From IMG/VR virus record IMGVR_UViG_3300045004_000088, positions 1 through 64,000 of that record: 64,000 nucleotides of DNA. The stretch is one strand, 5' to 3'. This document shows, piece after piece, positions 1 to 8,991 of this stretch (position 1 is its first letter; each line of letters begins with the position of its first letter). The position numbers were made by a program, and so were the translations under genes. Under the pieces are notes generated by a model. The model was not told the DNA's origin and made no database searches. It saw only the letters and a list, made by a program, of their open reading frames with translations. Source of the stretch: a virus.

Positions 1-1
1 G

Positions 2-175
2 GACATTGTGAATTTGATGGGTCAGCACCCGCCGCTTTACGGAATGCCCCATGCGGCCGATTACATTACTTACTTGTACATCAAGTACGGTAAAGACGGC
101 CCGCCGTCAGAGAACGGCATCATCAAAGTGAAACCCGGTCGGAACGTTACCGACCGCTACTTACCACCGGAGTGA
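2..175 (+). CDS. hypothetical protein (3' fragment, start lies outside window)
   Basis: Open frame from window edge to TGA at 173-175; stop overlaps next start (TGACATG). Confidence 0.45.
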   Translation, partial: DIVNLMGQHPPLYGMPHAADYITYLYIKYGKDGPPSENGIIKVKPGRNVTDRYLPPE

Positions 176-176
176 C

Positions 177-509
177 ATGCACGACTTGGTTGCAGAGTGT
201 CTGGCAAAAGGCATCCCCGTCATCAACTCGACCAGAACCGAGGAAGATTACCGTGCCGAGCGGTTCAAGCAAGAAGAAGAAAACCTTGCGAACCACGTCT
301 TCATCAGCGGCGTCAAGGATGAGGGCTGCCGGATCGATCCCGAAACCAATCAGGTGATTCGCCGGATCTCGTTCGACTACAATTTCTTCCAGTCGTGTTT
401 GCACTTAGGGGAGATGCACGATTTCGCTGGTGCGTTCGACGCCGAACACAAGCAGCGGCTGGCGGATCAACTGTTCGCGGCACTGGAAAGGGCAGAGATC
501 AGGCTATGA
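177..509 (+). CDS. hypothetical protein (110 aa)
   Basis: ORF track; ATG overlaps upstream stop; protein-like composition. Confidence 0.5.
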   Translation: MHDLVAECLAKGIPVINSTRTEEDYRAERFKQEEENLANHVFISGVKDEGCRIDPETNQVIRRISFDYNFFQSCLHLGEMHDFAGAFDAEHKQRLADQLFAALERAEIRL

Positions 510-757
510 AAACGATCTATACAGAAGACGAGATCCGGTCGATGATTTCTAAGGTGACGGGTGTGTTCCCGAACATGATCAAGTTCGTGGTTCGCCGGGA
601 CGACGGTGCCAGACTGAACCGTTCGGATTTCGAGATCGAAGCGGAATGTGAGATGCCCGCGCCGCCTCCGAGGACGGGCGACAAGTTGGAAGACGCACTG
701 AACAAGTGTCGGCAGTGGGAAATGTCCGACGCGGAACTCGCAGAACTGGAGAAATGA
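506..757 (+). CDS. hypothetical protein (83 aa)
   Basis: In-frame ATG at 506 forms ATGA overlap with upstream stop; the upstream part of the listed ORF is an Arg-rich out-of-frame artefact. Confidence 0.5.
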   Translation: MKTIYTEDEIRSMISKVTGVFPNMIKFVVRRDDGARLNRSDFEIEAECEMPAPPPRTGDKLEDALNKCRQWEMSDAELAELEK

Positions 758-1023
758 CCATGAACGAGATCAACTGGATCGAGGGGACGCCGGAAAAAGA
801 GGGTCTGTACTGGGTACACGACATGCTCAACGGCGTGCTGTTCGCGATGGTGGTCGCCATTGACGAGGAAGAGAACGGCAACAACCTGTACTACTACATC
901 ATGGGTTGCGACATGGGGTTCCCCGTGAGCCAACTCAGCCACTACTCCCCGGTGACGCCGCCGACGCCACCAGTAGGCACCAGCCACATCGTAGACCTCG
1001 GCGGCTACGAGGAGGAAGAATGA
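754..1023 (+). CDS. hypothetical protein (89 aa)
   Basis: ATG at 754 in ATGA overlap with preceding stop. Confidence 0.5.
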   Translation: MTMNEINWIEGTPEKEGLYWVHDMLNGVLFAMVVAIDEEENGNNLYYYIMGCDMGFPVSQLSHYSPVTPPTPPVGTSHIVDLGGYEEEE

Positions 1024-1259
1024 GACTGTTCGAGTTGAAGGAACTGGTTGACAAGCTATACGAGGACGAGGCCAACCACAACCTGAAGATCATCGCGTCC
1101 TGCGGATTCGATGATCTGAGTTATAGCGGCGTGGCGACGAGTTGTGAGATAGCGTTCCAACAGGACGACGGCTCGTGTTTCACGGAAGACCTCTACGAAG
1201 AGGGCGAAGAGATCGAGGGCGAGAAGGTTATCGTGATCGCCGGCTGGCAGGGCGATTAG
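1020..1259 (+). CDS. hypothetical acidic protein (79 aa)
   Basis: ATG at 1020 in ATGA overlap; acidic C-terminus. Confidence 0.5.
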   Translation: MRLFELKELVDKLYEDEANHNLKIIASCGFDDLSYSGVATSCEIAFQQDDGSCFTEDLYEEGEEIEGEKVIVIAGWQGD

Positions 1260-1744
1260 TCCTTGAACATGTTGTCGTAGGCCGACCGGATCTTCTGCCG
1301 CAGGCCGACCAGTTCTTTGTACATGTCTTGCAGGTGATTGTTCCCGGCTGTTCCGGCCGTGCGGACGGTTTGACTGTAGCCATTTCCGCCGAGCCTTGAG
1401 ACGGCGGAAGTCGCCATGTCGCCGTACCGCTCCGGGTTGTCTTTCATGTCCGACACGATCATGTCGATGTCCTTCATGGCGTAGTAGACGCGGTTCGAGA
1501 GGGCGTCGGTGTGTTGCCCGGTTTCGATTTCGCCGCGTGTCGTGCTGTCCATGTTGATGATGGCGGAATAGAGCTTCTGGGCGGCGTCGGCGATGCCGTA
1601 CACGTCCTGTTGCGGCACTTGCTGTTTGCCCTTGAGGTTGTTCATGAACTTGCGGATGGCGACAGCGGCCTCGAAGACGCTGTTGAAAGCGACCTGTGCG
1701 GGGTGAGAAAGGGACGATTCGATCCACTGACGGAAAGTTTGCAT
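1256..1744 (-). CDS. hypothetical protein (162 aa)
   Basis: Long ORF with ATG; convergent on the preceding plus-strand gene. Confidence 0.55.
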   Translation of the reverse strand: MQTFRQWIESSLSHPAQVAFNSVFEAAVAIRKFMNNLKGKQQVPQQDVYGIADAAQKLYSAIINMDSTTRGEIETGQHTDALSNRVYYAMKDIDMIVSDMKDNPERYGDMATSAVSRLGGNGYSQTVRTAGTAGNNHLQDMYKELVGLRQKIRSAYDNMFKD

Positions 1745-1778
1745 GCCTTAGTTATTGTCGGGAGCGGCTAAATAAGGC

Positions 1779-3056
1779 ATGGAATTCAGTATGTCATTCC
1801 GCTCGTTTATTGAGCTTGGGCCGCTGGACGTTACGGTCGAAGAGATCGGCGGTCTTAGCGAACACGCGATCCTCGGCAACTACGAGGACGGCTACAAAAA
1901 GTTTCGCGTGACGTTCCACGCGCCGAAGAACCAGCGGAAGTGGAAGACCGGCGACTTCGCCGAGGACGTGGTCTACGTCATCGCCGACAGCCCGCACACG
2001 GCCAAGAAGATGGCCCAGGAGTGGTTGGGCAACAAACTCGACCCCAGAGAGAACGACGAGAAGCCCCGCCGCGTCCCCAAAACCAACTACATGCGCAGCA
2101 CGGAACGCCGGCACTTCGACATGCGGAGCCGCATCGTCGGAAGCTGGCGTCAGGTCGTTGAAATGTTGGGATACGCCGCCGAACGCCGCCACAACACCGT
2201 GGACTTCGTAGACGAACCGGAGCTTGAAATTCTGGTTGACGCACTGAAGGGCCGGGTCAAGCAGAAACTGATCGACGGGTTGAGCGAACCGGAGCGGAAG
2301 GGTCTGCGGCAGTTGTTGAAGGCGTCGAAGACGAATCCGGGGCAGTGGGGCGGGAAGCACGGGAAGGGTGCGGCGGATCTGGCCCGTGAACTGACGGTGA
2401 TATTGTGGCCGCGCCGGGACAAGGAAGAGGGGATCGAGTCGGGTCCGGCGGCGAAGCCGGTCGAGGGCGGGTACGGCTACAAGAACAGCGTTTACCGCCG
2501 GAAGCTGACGAAGCGTGACGTGGACGCGATCATGAGCCGGGTGAACACTTACGGGGACGCCGTTCGCGAAGCGAATCGGCTCGGTATCCCGAAGTCCGAA
2601 CTGGACGGCGTCGTTCAGTCGCGCTACGAACACAGCGACAGAGAGTACGCCGAGAAGCGGATGATTTACGCCGACCTGTACAAGCGGCTGCACATCCCTT
2701 CGACCCACGACGCTTTCGGCGACGACCACGTCGCCAAATACTGGAGCAAGCGGAAGTTCGACTGGGAAGCGTATGCGACCGAGGTGTTGCCGACGTTCGG
2801 ACTGGAGACTATTAGGAACAAGCCGGGGATGGAAGCCGGCTACCAAGACGACGACGAGTATTCGACGTGGGCGATAGACTGGTTGTGGAACCTGTACCGT
2901 TCCGGTCCTCCGCGTAGAGAGGGGACTGCGGCGACGAGGTACAAGGAGGCGTTGCACGAGATCCTGTCGGGTACGCTGGAGGACAAGAAGAACAAACGCG
3001 AGCCGGTGAAATACGTTCCCGGCGACATCTTCGGCGACGAGGAGATTCCTTTCTGA
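1779..3056 (+). CDS. hypothetical protein (425 aa)
   Basis: Long ORF; ATG 35 nt from the divergent minus-strand gene. Confidence 0.6.
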   Translation: MEFSMSFRSFIELGPLDVTVEEIGGLSEHAILGNYEDGYKKFRVTFHAPKNQRKWKTGDFAEDVVYVIADSPHTAKKMAQEWLGNKLDPRENDEKPRRVPKTNYMRSTERRHFDMRSRIVGSWRQVVEMLGYAAERRHNTVDFVDEPELEILVDALKGRVKQKLIDGLSEPERKGLRQLLKASKTNPGQWGGKHGKGAADLARELTVILWPRRDKEEGIESGPAAKPVEGGYGYKNSVYRRKLTKRDVDAIMSRVNTYGDAVREANRLGIPKSELDGVVQSRYEHSDREYAEKRMIYADLYKRLHIPSTHDAFGDDHVAKYWSKRKFDWEAYATEVLPTFGLETIRNKPGMEAGYQDDDEYSTWAIDWLWNLYRSGPPRREGTAATRYKEALHEILSGTLEDKKNKREPVKYVPGDIFGDEEIPF

Positions 3057-3835
3057 TGAAACAGTTCACACGCTGGTTGTTGGAGAGCGTCGGCCGATTT
3101 TTGACCGACGACTTGGACGCGAAGCTGCAAGACATGGCGCAGAAGATCGCCGACGCGGTGCCGCAGGTTTACCAGACCAGAGAGCCGGTGTCCCTCGGCC
3201 AGTTGATGTCGAAGCGGATGAACTCCGAGACGGGCAAGACGCAGCGATTTCTCCGCACGTTCGAGGTAGTTTACGACGACCAGAGGATCGGTGCGGCGTG
3301 GGACGACGAGCGTAGCAACAAGGTGGTGGCGAACGCTTTCAAGTTGAAGGGGCGTTCGGCCGACGCGATCTACAGCATTCTGGTTCACGAATTGATCCAC
3401 TCGACCGATCCGAGGGCCGGCGAACTGACGGGCAGTAGTGCGGACATGAAGCTCGACAACGATGCCGACTACAAGAACTATTACAGTCTGCGGCACGAGT
3501 TCGACGCCTTCAGCGGAATGATCACCAACTGGATCGTGCGGAAGATGAAGACGGCCGAGGAAGCGAAGGCGTTCCTTCAGAACGCGGCGCGGGGCAGGAG
3601 CGAGGGTTTGCCCCCGGATCTGGCTCCGAGGTTCGACAGGTTCATGAAGCTCGACCCGAAGTTGAGGAACAAATTCTTGAGAAGGGTGTACGAGGCCGTC
3701 AAATTGAAGATGTCCGGTCAAAAACCCCGGACCAGCGTTCCCCTCAACAGAGGCGTTCACCAGCAACCGGGGTATACGGGCGAAGACGTACCGCAGACAC
3801 AACAGCCGGCATACGTTCCGAAGACGACTCAGTGA
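3056..3835 (+). CDS. putative Zn-metallopeptidase-like protein (HExxH motif: LVHELIHSTDP)
   Basis: ATGA overlap with upstream gene; HELIH motif read directly; family not identified. Confidence 0.55.
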   Translation: MKQFTRWLLESVGRFLTDDLDAKLQDMAQKIADAVPQVYQTREPVSLGQLMSKRMNSETGKTQRFLRTFEVVYDDQRIGAAWDDERSNKVVANAFKLKGRSADAIYSILVHELIHSTDPRAGELTGSSADMKLDNDADYKNYYSLRHEFDAFSGMITNWIVRKMKTAEEAKAFLQNAARGRSEGLPPDLAPRFDRFMKLDPKLRNKFLRRVYEAVKLKMSGQKPRTSVPLNRGVHQQPGYTGEDVPQTQQPAYVPKTTQ

Positions 3836-4137
3836 CCGAGGCACTTGGCGACGATTTCCTCTGCGGTCATGGTCGCACGGATCTGTGACGGGATCTTGTT
3901 CTCTTTCTTGAGCAGGTGATCAAGGTACTTGTCAACTTCGCCGACAATGTACACCTTCAGGTCGGCCACCTTTTTGTCGTACTCGGCGAACAGGTCGGCT
4001 TCGACGTTCGCCAGCTTTAAGTTGAGTTTGTTGTACTCGTCCGTCCTTTGAAGGAACGCCGCCCGGACGTTTTCCAGTGCCAGTTCCAGCGTGGCGATCT
4101 TCTCTTCTAGTTTCTTGTCCAACCACTGATTGCTCAT
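3829..4137 (-). CDS. small coiled-coil protein (102 aa)
   Basis: ATG with GGGAGAAACA RBS; heptad-like composition. Confidence 0.5.
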   Translation of the reverse strand: MSNQWLDKKLEEKIATLELALENVRAAFLQRTDEYNKLNLKLANVEADLFAEYDKKVADLKVYIVGEVDKYLDHLLKKENKIPSQIRATMTAEEIVAKCLGH

Positions 4138-4144
4138 TGTTTCT

Positions 4145-4172
4145 CCCGGTTGTGAGTTGAATTATAACCGGG
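4145..4172. promoter_or_regulatory. inverted repeat CCCGGTT(N14)AACCGGG whose loop carries a minus-strand TATAAT and which overlaps the RBS of the 3829-4137 gene
   Basis: Read directly; reverse complement of the loop contains TATAAT 24 nt upstream of the minus-strand ATG. Confidence 0.35.
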
Positions 4173-4244
4173 CGGGACTCTGTTAAGAAACAAGAATGGC
4201 AATTCTCACAGGCTTCACTCCATACGGGAGAAGAAAGGGTTCAA

Positions 4245-4892
4245 ATGGCAATTCTCAAGGGGTTCCCGCCGAGCAACTGCATCAGTCCGACGATCCACAT
4301 CACGGAGTACGATCTGAGTCAGATGGCGGGGTGTTACAACGTGACGGTTTCGGAGAAGGACTTGGAGCCGTACAAGGCCAAACCGCTGTCGAAAGCGGAT
4401 CAGCAGAAGAAGTACCTTCTGGGCAACGTCTGGCTCCAGAAGAAGGAGTACGGCAAGTGTTTCCGGCTTGAGATCGAAGCGATGTTGGATCGGTTCAAGC
4501 CGCTCGGCATGAGTCTGGGCGTGGGCGAGAACATGATGAAGGATCTGATGCGGGTGGCGTCGGACGCGCAGGAAGTGTTCTGCCGGGACAACATGTCTTT
4601 CCAGAAGGGTCCGACGTGGTTCCTGTGGATGGAGTACCACGTCATTCACGCCCTGAGTGGGTTCCTCCAGACGGATCTGCGGCCGGCGTGGGTGAAGACG
4701 TGGGAGGGGTATGCCGGCGACGGCGTGTCGTGGGTGAAGTGGCGGATGAGCGAGAAGCTGGACTACCCGACGCCGCTGGCGACCAGAATGAAGGAGGTCG
4801 ATCCAGAGAGGTGCAAGGTGCGGGAGACGAAGACGAAGCCCCGCAACGTGATTGCCACCAGAAAGCTGTCAACGTTGCAATACTGGTTCTAA
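4245..4892 (+). CDS. hypothetical protein (215 aa)
   Basis: ORF track; intrinsic terminator immediately downstream. Confidence 0.6.
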   Translation: MAILKGFPPSNCISPTIHITEYDLSQMAGCYNVTVSEKDLEPYKAKPLSKADQQKKYLLGNVWLQKKEYGKCFRLEIEAMLDRFKPLGMSLGVGENMMKDLMRVASDAQEVFCRDNMSFQKGPTWFLWMEYHVIHALSGFLQTDLRPAWVKTWEGYAGDGVSWVKWRMSEKLDYPTPLATRMKEVDPERCKVRETKTKPRNVIATRKLSTLQYWF

Positions 4893-4899
4893 ATCAAAC

Positions 4900-4932
4900 A
4901 AGCCCGGCCAGAAGCCGGGCTTGTTCGTTGTT
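4900..4932. terminator. rho-independent terminator hairpin AAGCCCGGC-cagaa-GCCGGGCTT followed by a T-rich tract, between convergent genes
   Basis: 9-bp GC stem plus GTTCGTTGTT read directly. Confidence 0.6.
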
Positions 4933-5212
4933 AGCGGTTGACGGTCGGACAGCGACCGTTGGGGCAGGTTGACGGCCAGTTGACGGTTTGCCAGACGGTT
5001 GTCGGCTGGAAGTGGACCGTTGTCGGCGCGGCGTAAACGACGGTCGGCGGGTTCGCGTGTACGGTCACGACGGTTTGGCACGAGGTGGGAGCGGGTTGAC
5101 AGGTTGAGACGGTCTGGCAGGTGTTGCACTTCCGTTTGCCGAAGGCTTGTGCGTCCTGTGCGAGCAGGAAGACGGCTGCGGCGACGGCGAGTGCGGTGAT
5201 GCACTTCTTCAT
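4931..5212 (-). CDS. small secreted Cys-rich protein (signal peptide MKKCITALAVAAAVFLLAQDAQA; CQTV/TVV repeats)
   Basis: In-frame ATG at 5212 with GGAG RBS 6 nt upstream; N-terminal hydrophobic signal-like segment; the track's N-terminal extension was rejected. Confidence 0.55.
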   Translation of the reverse strand: MKKCITALAVAAAVFLLAQDAQAFGKRKCNTCQTVSTCQPAPTSCQTVVTVHANPPTVVYAAPTTVHFQPTTVWQTVNWPSTCPNGRCPTVNR

Positions 5213-5327
5213 GGGAAACTCCTGATGATCGACCTTCCGGTCGAGTTCCTTGCTGGTAGTGGGAAGTCCACTCCGCGTCCGGCGGTCCAGCGGGGTTACT
5301 TTAGGCATGATCGTCACCTTTGTCAAC

Positions 5328-5399
5328 TTGATAATTTCCGGGCGTGTGGTTTACAAGGTGTGTGAGGCGGTCGATAATGCCAGTTGCGGGTTGATAATT
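5328..5399 (+). repeat. three copies of the 9-mer (T/C)(T/C)GATAAT(T/G) at 5328, 5371 and 5391 in a divergent intergenic region
   Basis: Read directly; candidate operator or -10-like elements. Confidence 0.4.
5350..5378 (+). promoter_or_regulatory. sigma70-like promoter TTTACA-17 bp-GATAAT driving the 5434 gene
   Basis: Hexamers and 17-bp spacer read directly; about 55 nt upstream of the ATG. Confidence 0.45.
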
Positions 5400-5433
5400 C
5401 GCACCCGTAGTACCCCACAGTTCGGAGAGTCAA

Positions 5434-6735
5434 ATGGGAAGTTTCAACGAAAACTGTGCCTTGAGCAACCTCGCCATCGGCTACGGGGACAAAGTCAAGT
5501 TCCTCTTCCTGACGCAAAACCCTTACGTCCAATCCGATCAACGGATTTTTCAACGGGGCTGCTACCTCTACGACCAATGGTTCGTGCGGACGCCGCCGAT
5601 GTCGGGCAAGTACGACGACTACGGCCGGGCCGAGATCAAGCCGTCGCCGCTGCTCGATCTGGTGGTGAAGAAGTTCCAAGACGACGTGGTCGTCAAGCCC
5701 TACGGGTTCAACCAGTGCCACGCCGTCCCGGTGATGTTGGGGAAGCCCTTCGATCACTACGTCGAGGCGGCGTGGGAGGGTCGCCTAGAGGTACAAGACC
5801 ACTGCACACGGCCGCGTTCTGACGGCCCCGCCCACTGGCCGACGTGGGAGAAAGTGCATCACCTGCTGAAGAAAGCCGGTCTGCTCATTCACATGGAGAT
5901 CGACCGTTCGACGGTGCCGAATGAGGACAGCGAAGACGAAGACAAGATGGAGAAGTTGGACGAACAGCGGGACGGGTTCAACGCACAGCCGGTCAAGCCG
6001 GGCGTGGTGTGCCTGACGTTCGTGAGTTACAACCACACGCTCGAACTGAAGAAACTGCGAGCGGCCGAGAAGGTGCTGTCACAGACCTACGACTGCAAGC
6101 TCGCGTACCACATCCCCGACCGCAAGTACGAGCCGGCACTGATCGTCTCGCCGAAGGGGGCGTTGAAAGACCCGTCCCTGCTTTTCGACGCGGCCGAGGC
6201 GAAGCGAGCGGTGAAAGAGTACCCCGAAAAGCACGGCAACTACAGGAAACTGCCGGTCGCGATGGTGGTGGTGCGTGACGACGTGTGGAAGGCGTACACG
6301 TCGATGAAGATCAAGTCGTGGCGGGACAAGGAGCCGCTGACGGTCGGCGCGTTCTACGAGAAGTTGAAGAAGATCACCACGAAGGAACGCCGGATGCAGG
6401 ACAGTCTGGGCGGGAAGAAGGATCTGCCGGAAGACATTCTGGACGATCTCCCGTACCTTTCCGACCTGTCGTTCCGCGAGGTACTGAACTCGATTCCGTA
6501 CCAGACGATGCCTCATTCGCACATCATGAGTGCGGCGGAAGACAAAGAGTTCCCGCTCGATCAAGTTCTGCAACCGTGTGCGGAACTGGCGATTGTGGAA
6601 CACGTCATGGCTCACCGTCACCAGTCGCGGTCGTTGCCGTCGCTCGGCAGTCAGGACGACAACTGGGACATCCAGAAGAAGATCCTGAAGAAACTGGTGG
6701 CAATCGCCGAGAAAGAAGACAAGAGGGAATACTAA
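5434..6735 (+). CDS. hypothetical protein (433 aa)
   Basis: ATG with GGAGAG RBS; long ORF. Confidence 0.65.
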   Translation: MGSFNENCALSNLAIGYGDKVKFLFLTQNPYVQSDQRIFQRGCYLYDQWFVRTPPMSGKYDDYGRAEIKPSPLLDLVVKKFQDDVVVKPYGFNQCHAVPVMLGKPFDHYVEAAWEGRLEVQDHCTRPRSDGPAHWPTWEKVHHLLKKAGLLIHMEIDRSTVPNEDSEDEDKMEKLDEQRDGFNAQPVKPGVVCLTFVSYNHTLELKKLRAAEKVLSQTYDCKLAYHIPDRKYEPALIVSPKGALKDPSLLFDAAEAKRAVKEYPEKHGNYRKLPVAMVVVRDDVWKAYTSMKIKSWRDKEPLTVGAFYEKLKKITTKERRMQDSLGGKKDLPEDILDDLPYLSDLSFREVLNSIPYQTMPHSHIMSAAEDKEFPLDQVLQPCAELAIVEHVMAHRHQSRSLPSLGSQDDNWDIQKKILKKLVAIAEKEDKREY

Positions 6736-7196
6736 TGGCACGCAACACCGACATCCGGGGTCGTCTCAAGAAGGAACTGAGCGACGACATCGACCGGATC
6801 GATGAGAAGCTGGACCGCGAGACGAAGCCGTCCAGCTACCCGATTTACATCCTCGAACTCGGTGACGCCGAACCGGAAATCGTGTTCCCGGCCGGCAAGA
6901 AAGACCTGATGCACGTCACCTTCTGGCACAATACGGTGGCGCGACGTGTCGCACGGAAGCTCAAAATCCCTCTGGAAGAGATCCTGAACCTGCCGTACTG
7001 CCAGCGTCGGGCGCGGATCTGTGGCAAGAGAATCTACTACGGCGAAATCACACAGCATTCGTGGACCGGGCTGTTGAAGCTCAAGCGGCAGATCCAGAAT
7101 GCGGTAGGCGAGAGGGGCTTGGGATTCGTCTACGAGGAACACGAATCCCGTTCGGAGTTCGACGTGGCCGAGTTCAAAGCCCTAAGTCGATCATGA
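6735..7196 (+). CDS. hypothetical protein (153 aa)
   Basis: ATG in TAATG overlap with the upstream stop; the track's longer N-terminus was rejected. Confidence 0.5.
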   Translation: MARNTDIRGRLKKELSDDIDRIDEKLDRETKPSSYPIYILELGDAEPEIVFPAGKKDLMHVTFWHNTVARRVARKLKIPLEEILNLPYCQRRARICGKRIYYGEITQHSWTGLLKLKRQIQNAVGERGLGFVYEEHESRSEFDVAEFKALSRS

Positions 7197-7869
7197 CGTA
7201 GTGGTCGCCCGCGTCGTGAATGTTGTCGCCAAAGTCGTCAATTTCGATCCCCAGTCCTTCAAGTTTGGCGAGCGTAGCAAAAAGCTCGCTCAACTTGGTC
7301 AGTTCCTGGGGAGTGTTCTTCTTGAAGTGATTGAGAGTTTCCACTCTGGTGCGGTCGGGTTTCAGAATGCCCCTGACGGCTTCTTTCGCATCTTGCCACC
7401 TATCACCGCTGATCAACGACAACAAACCATCACTGCCGTAAACCATCGGCGGGCCTTTGATGAAATCCACGATCAACGCGAAAGCGTGTTCACGGACCTT
7501 AGCAACCTTGTGAACCCTGACGATGCAGCGGCTTTTCAAGCTCTGGGCCTTTTCGAGATTGGCCGCGTCTTTGGCGTCGGCCGTCAGTTTGATGAGCAGG
7601 TTCTTGTCGGTCGGGTGCTTGTAGACGAGGGCGAAAGTGCCTTTGTCGTGGTATTCGAGCTTGTCGCCGGGCAAACCCAGAGCCTTGAGGATCTCACTCG
7701 GCTCGATTTTGGCGTTCTCGTCGCGCCGGCCGAATACGACATCGGGGTTGCCGTCGTCCATGCCCATTTCTTGATCAAAATCGTCATCCTCGAAGTCGTC
7801 GTCATCGACTCCGTGATCGTCGCCGCCGGTTTTCTTGATTTCGGTAAGCCAGTGTTTGAAGCTCAACAT
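7174..7869 (-). CDS. hypothetical protein (231 aa) with acidic N-terminal region
   Basis: ORF track; ATG. Confidence 0.55.
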   Translation of the reverse strand: MLSFKHWLTEIKKTGGDDHGVDDDDFEDDDFDQEMGMDDGNPDVVFGRRDENAKIEPSEILKALGLPGDKLEYHDKGTFALVYKHPTDKNLLIKLTADAKDAANLEKAQSLKSRCIVRVHKVAKVREHAFALIVDFIKGPPMVYGSDGLLSLISGDRWQDAKEAVRGILKPDRTRVETLNHFKKNTPQELTKLSELFATLAKLEGLGIEIDDFGDNIHDAGDHYVMIDLGL

Positions 7870-7872
7870 GCG

Positions 7873-7913
7873 GGTATTTAGCTTCGGAGCATGGCGTTTG
7901 GATGCTAAATACC
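7873..7913. promoter_or_regulatory. 10-bp perfect inverted repeat GGTATTTAGC(N21)GCTAAATACC spanning the divergent starts of the 7869 (minus) and 7902 (plus) genes
   Basis: Read directly. Confidence 0.4.
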
Positions 7914-8360
7914 GACATGAGAGACTTCAAGTTGTGGATCGAAGCGATTGAATACCGCCCCGTCAGGAGCATTGCCGAGGCAAAGGTGTTGTCGCGGTCG
8001 AGCAGTCTAGACACTGCGGGGATGGATTTCGGCACTATTCAGAAGGCTCTCGCAGCACGCCGAGAAGTGACGTATCAGGAAATGTTTCCGTTGGCGAGCT
8101 TGGCGAACGTACCGGCCGGCGACAAGAAGAAGACTCTGGAAATGATGGGAGCTTTCGCCCAGATGTTGGGCCGCGAGGCTCCAGACACGCTGGAACAGTC
8201 TCAAGCTCTGGCGGTGCGTGGTCCCGATTTCAGGAAGATGACGCCGCCAATCATCGTTTACAGCGACGACAGCGGCATTCGGGTTATGGACGGGGTGAGC
8301 CGCGTCAATGCGGCGCGGCTGCTAAAAGTGTCGGAACTGCGTGCGTTCGTGATCAAGTAA
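7902..8360 (+). CDS. possible ParB/Srx-fold protein (C-terminal MDGVSRVNAARLL); start may instead be the ATG at 7917
   Basis: Weak resemblance to the ParB N-terminal domain motif; ORF track. Confidence 0.45.
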   Translation: MLNTDMRDFKLWIEAIEYRPVRSIAEAKVLSRSSSLDTAGMDFGTIQKALAARREVTYQEMFPLASLANVPAGDKKKTLEMMGAFAQMLGREAPDTLEQSQALAVRGPDFRKMTPPIIVYSDDSGIRVMDGVSRVNAARLLKVSELRAFVIK

Positions 8361-8458
8361 ACTCTCGACCGGCGTGGGCAATTACATCTTGTTGGGGGCC
8401 GGCTGGATTCTATCCACGAGTGTCATCTCCCCATCTTGGACTCGACCGTAATGGTCGA

Positions 8459-8986
8459 TTACGCTTTCATCTTCTCGCCGTACTTGTCGCGGAGTTCGTT
8501 GAACAGTTTCGCGACTTTTTCCACGGCCTCTTTATCTTCGGGATCGACCACCTTGAGGATGTCCCTCATCCGCAGCGACTGCTCGAAGAAGTAGTTGCGG
8601 AGCAGCATGGTTCGTTCGGCGTTCTCGGCCTTAGCGATCTCTTCCGGGGTAAGCCCGCGTTCGTAAGCTTCTCGCCAGTTCTGGCTGTCGAACTCCATCA
8701 GATCCGCGCACATGTCGAGCTTGCTGGCGATGTAGTCCGGGGCGGTATAAACCTCTCGCCCCTCGTAGACTTGCCAGCCTTTGCAGGGGAAGCCGGCCCT
8801 CTCGAACAGGCCGAGAGCCTGTTCGAGAGTCAGCGAAGGATTGCGCCAGTTGCGTTCGACGCCGGCCACGGTGATCGGCGGGAAGTCGTGATCGACCGCC
8901 CGGAACGCTTGGTTCAGACGAACGAGTTGATCTTCGTTCGGGATCGGCCCGGTGAAGAAGATCTCGGTGTAGTACCACTGGCCCAT
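8459..8986 (-). CDS. hypothetical protein (175 aa; MGQWYYTEIFF...)
   Basis: Internal ATG chosen; the listed 359-aa N-terminal extension is an Arg-rich out-of-frame artefact. Confidence 0.55.
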   Translation of the reverse strand: MGQWYYTEIFFTGPIPNEDQLVRLNQAFRAVDHDFPPITVAGVERNWRNPSLTLEQALGLFERAGFPCKGWQVYEGREVYTAPDYIASKLDMCADLMEFDSQNWREAYERGLTPEEIAKAENAERTMLLRNYFFEQSLRMRDILKVVDPEDKEAVEKVAKLFNELRDKYGEKMKA

Positions 8987-8991
8987 AACAG

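Noticed and set aside
1794-2957. 387-aa minus-strand ORF
   Set aside because: It is antisense to the 425-aa plus-strand gene and is Arg-rich.
4196-4471. 91-aa ORF starting at the first copy of the duplicated ATGGCAATTCTCA
   Set aside because: It is in a different frame from the convincing 215-aa gene, and its product is Gly/Arg-rich and not protein-like.
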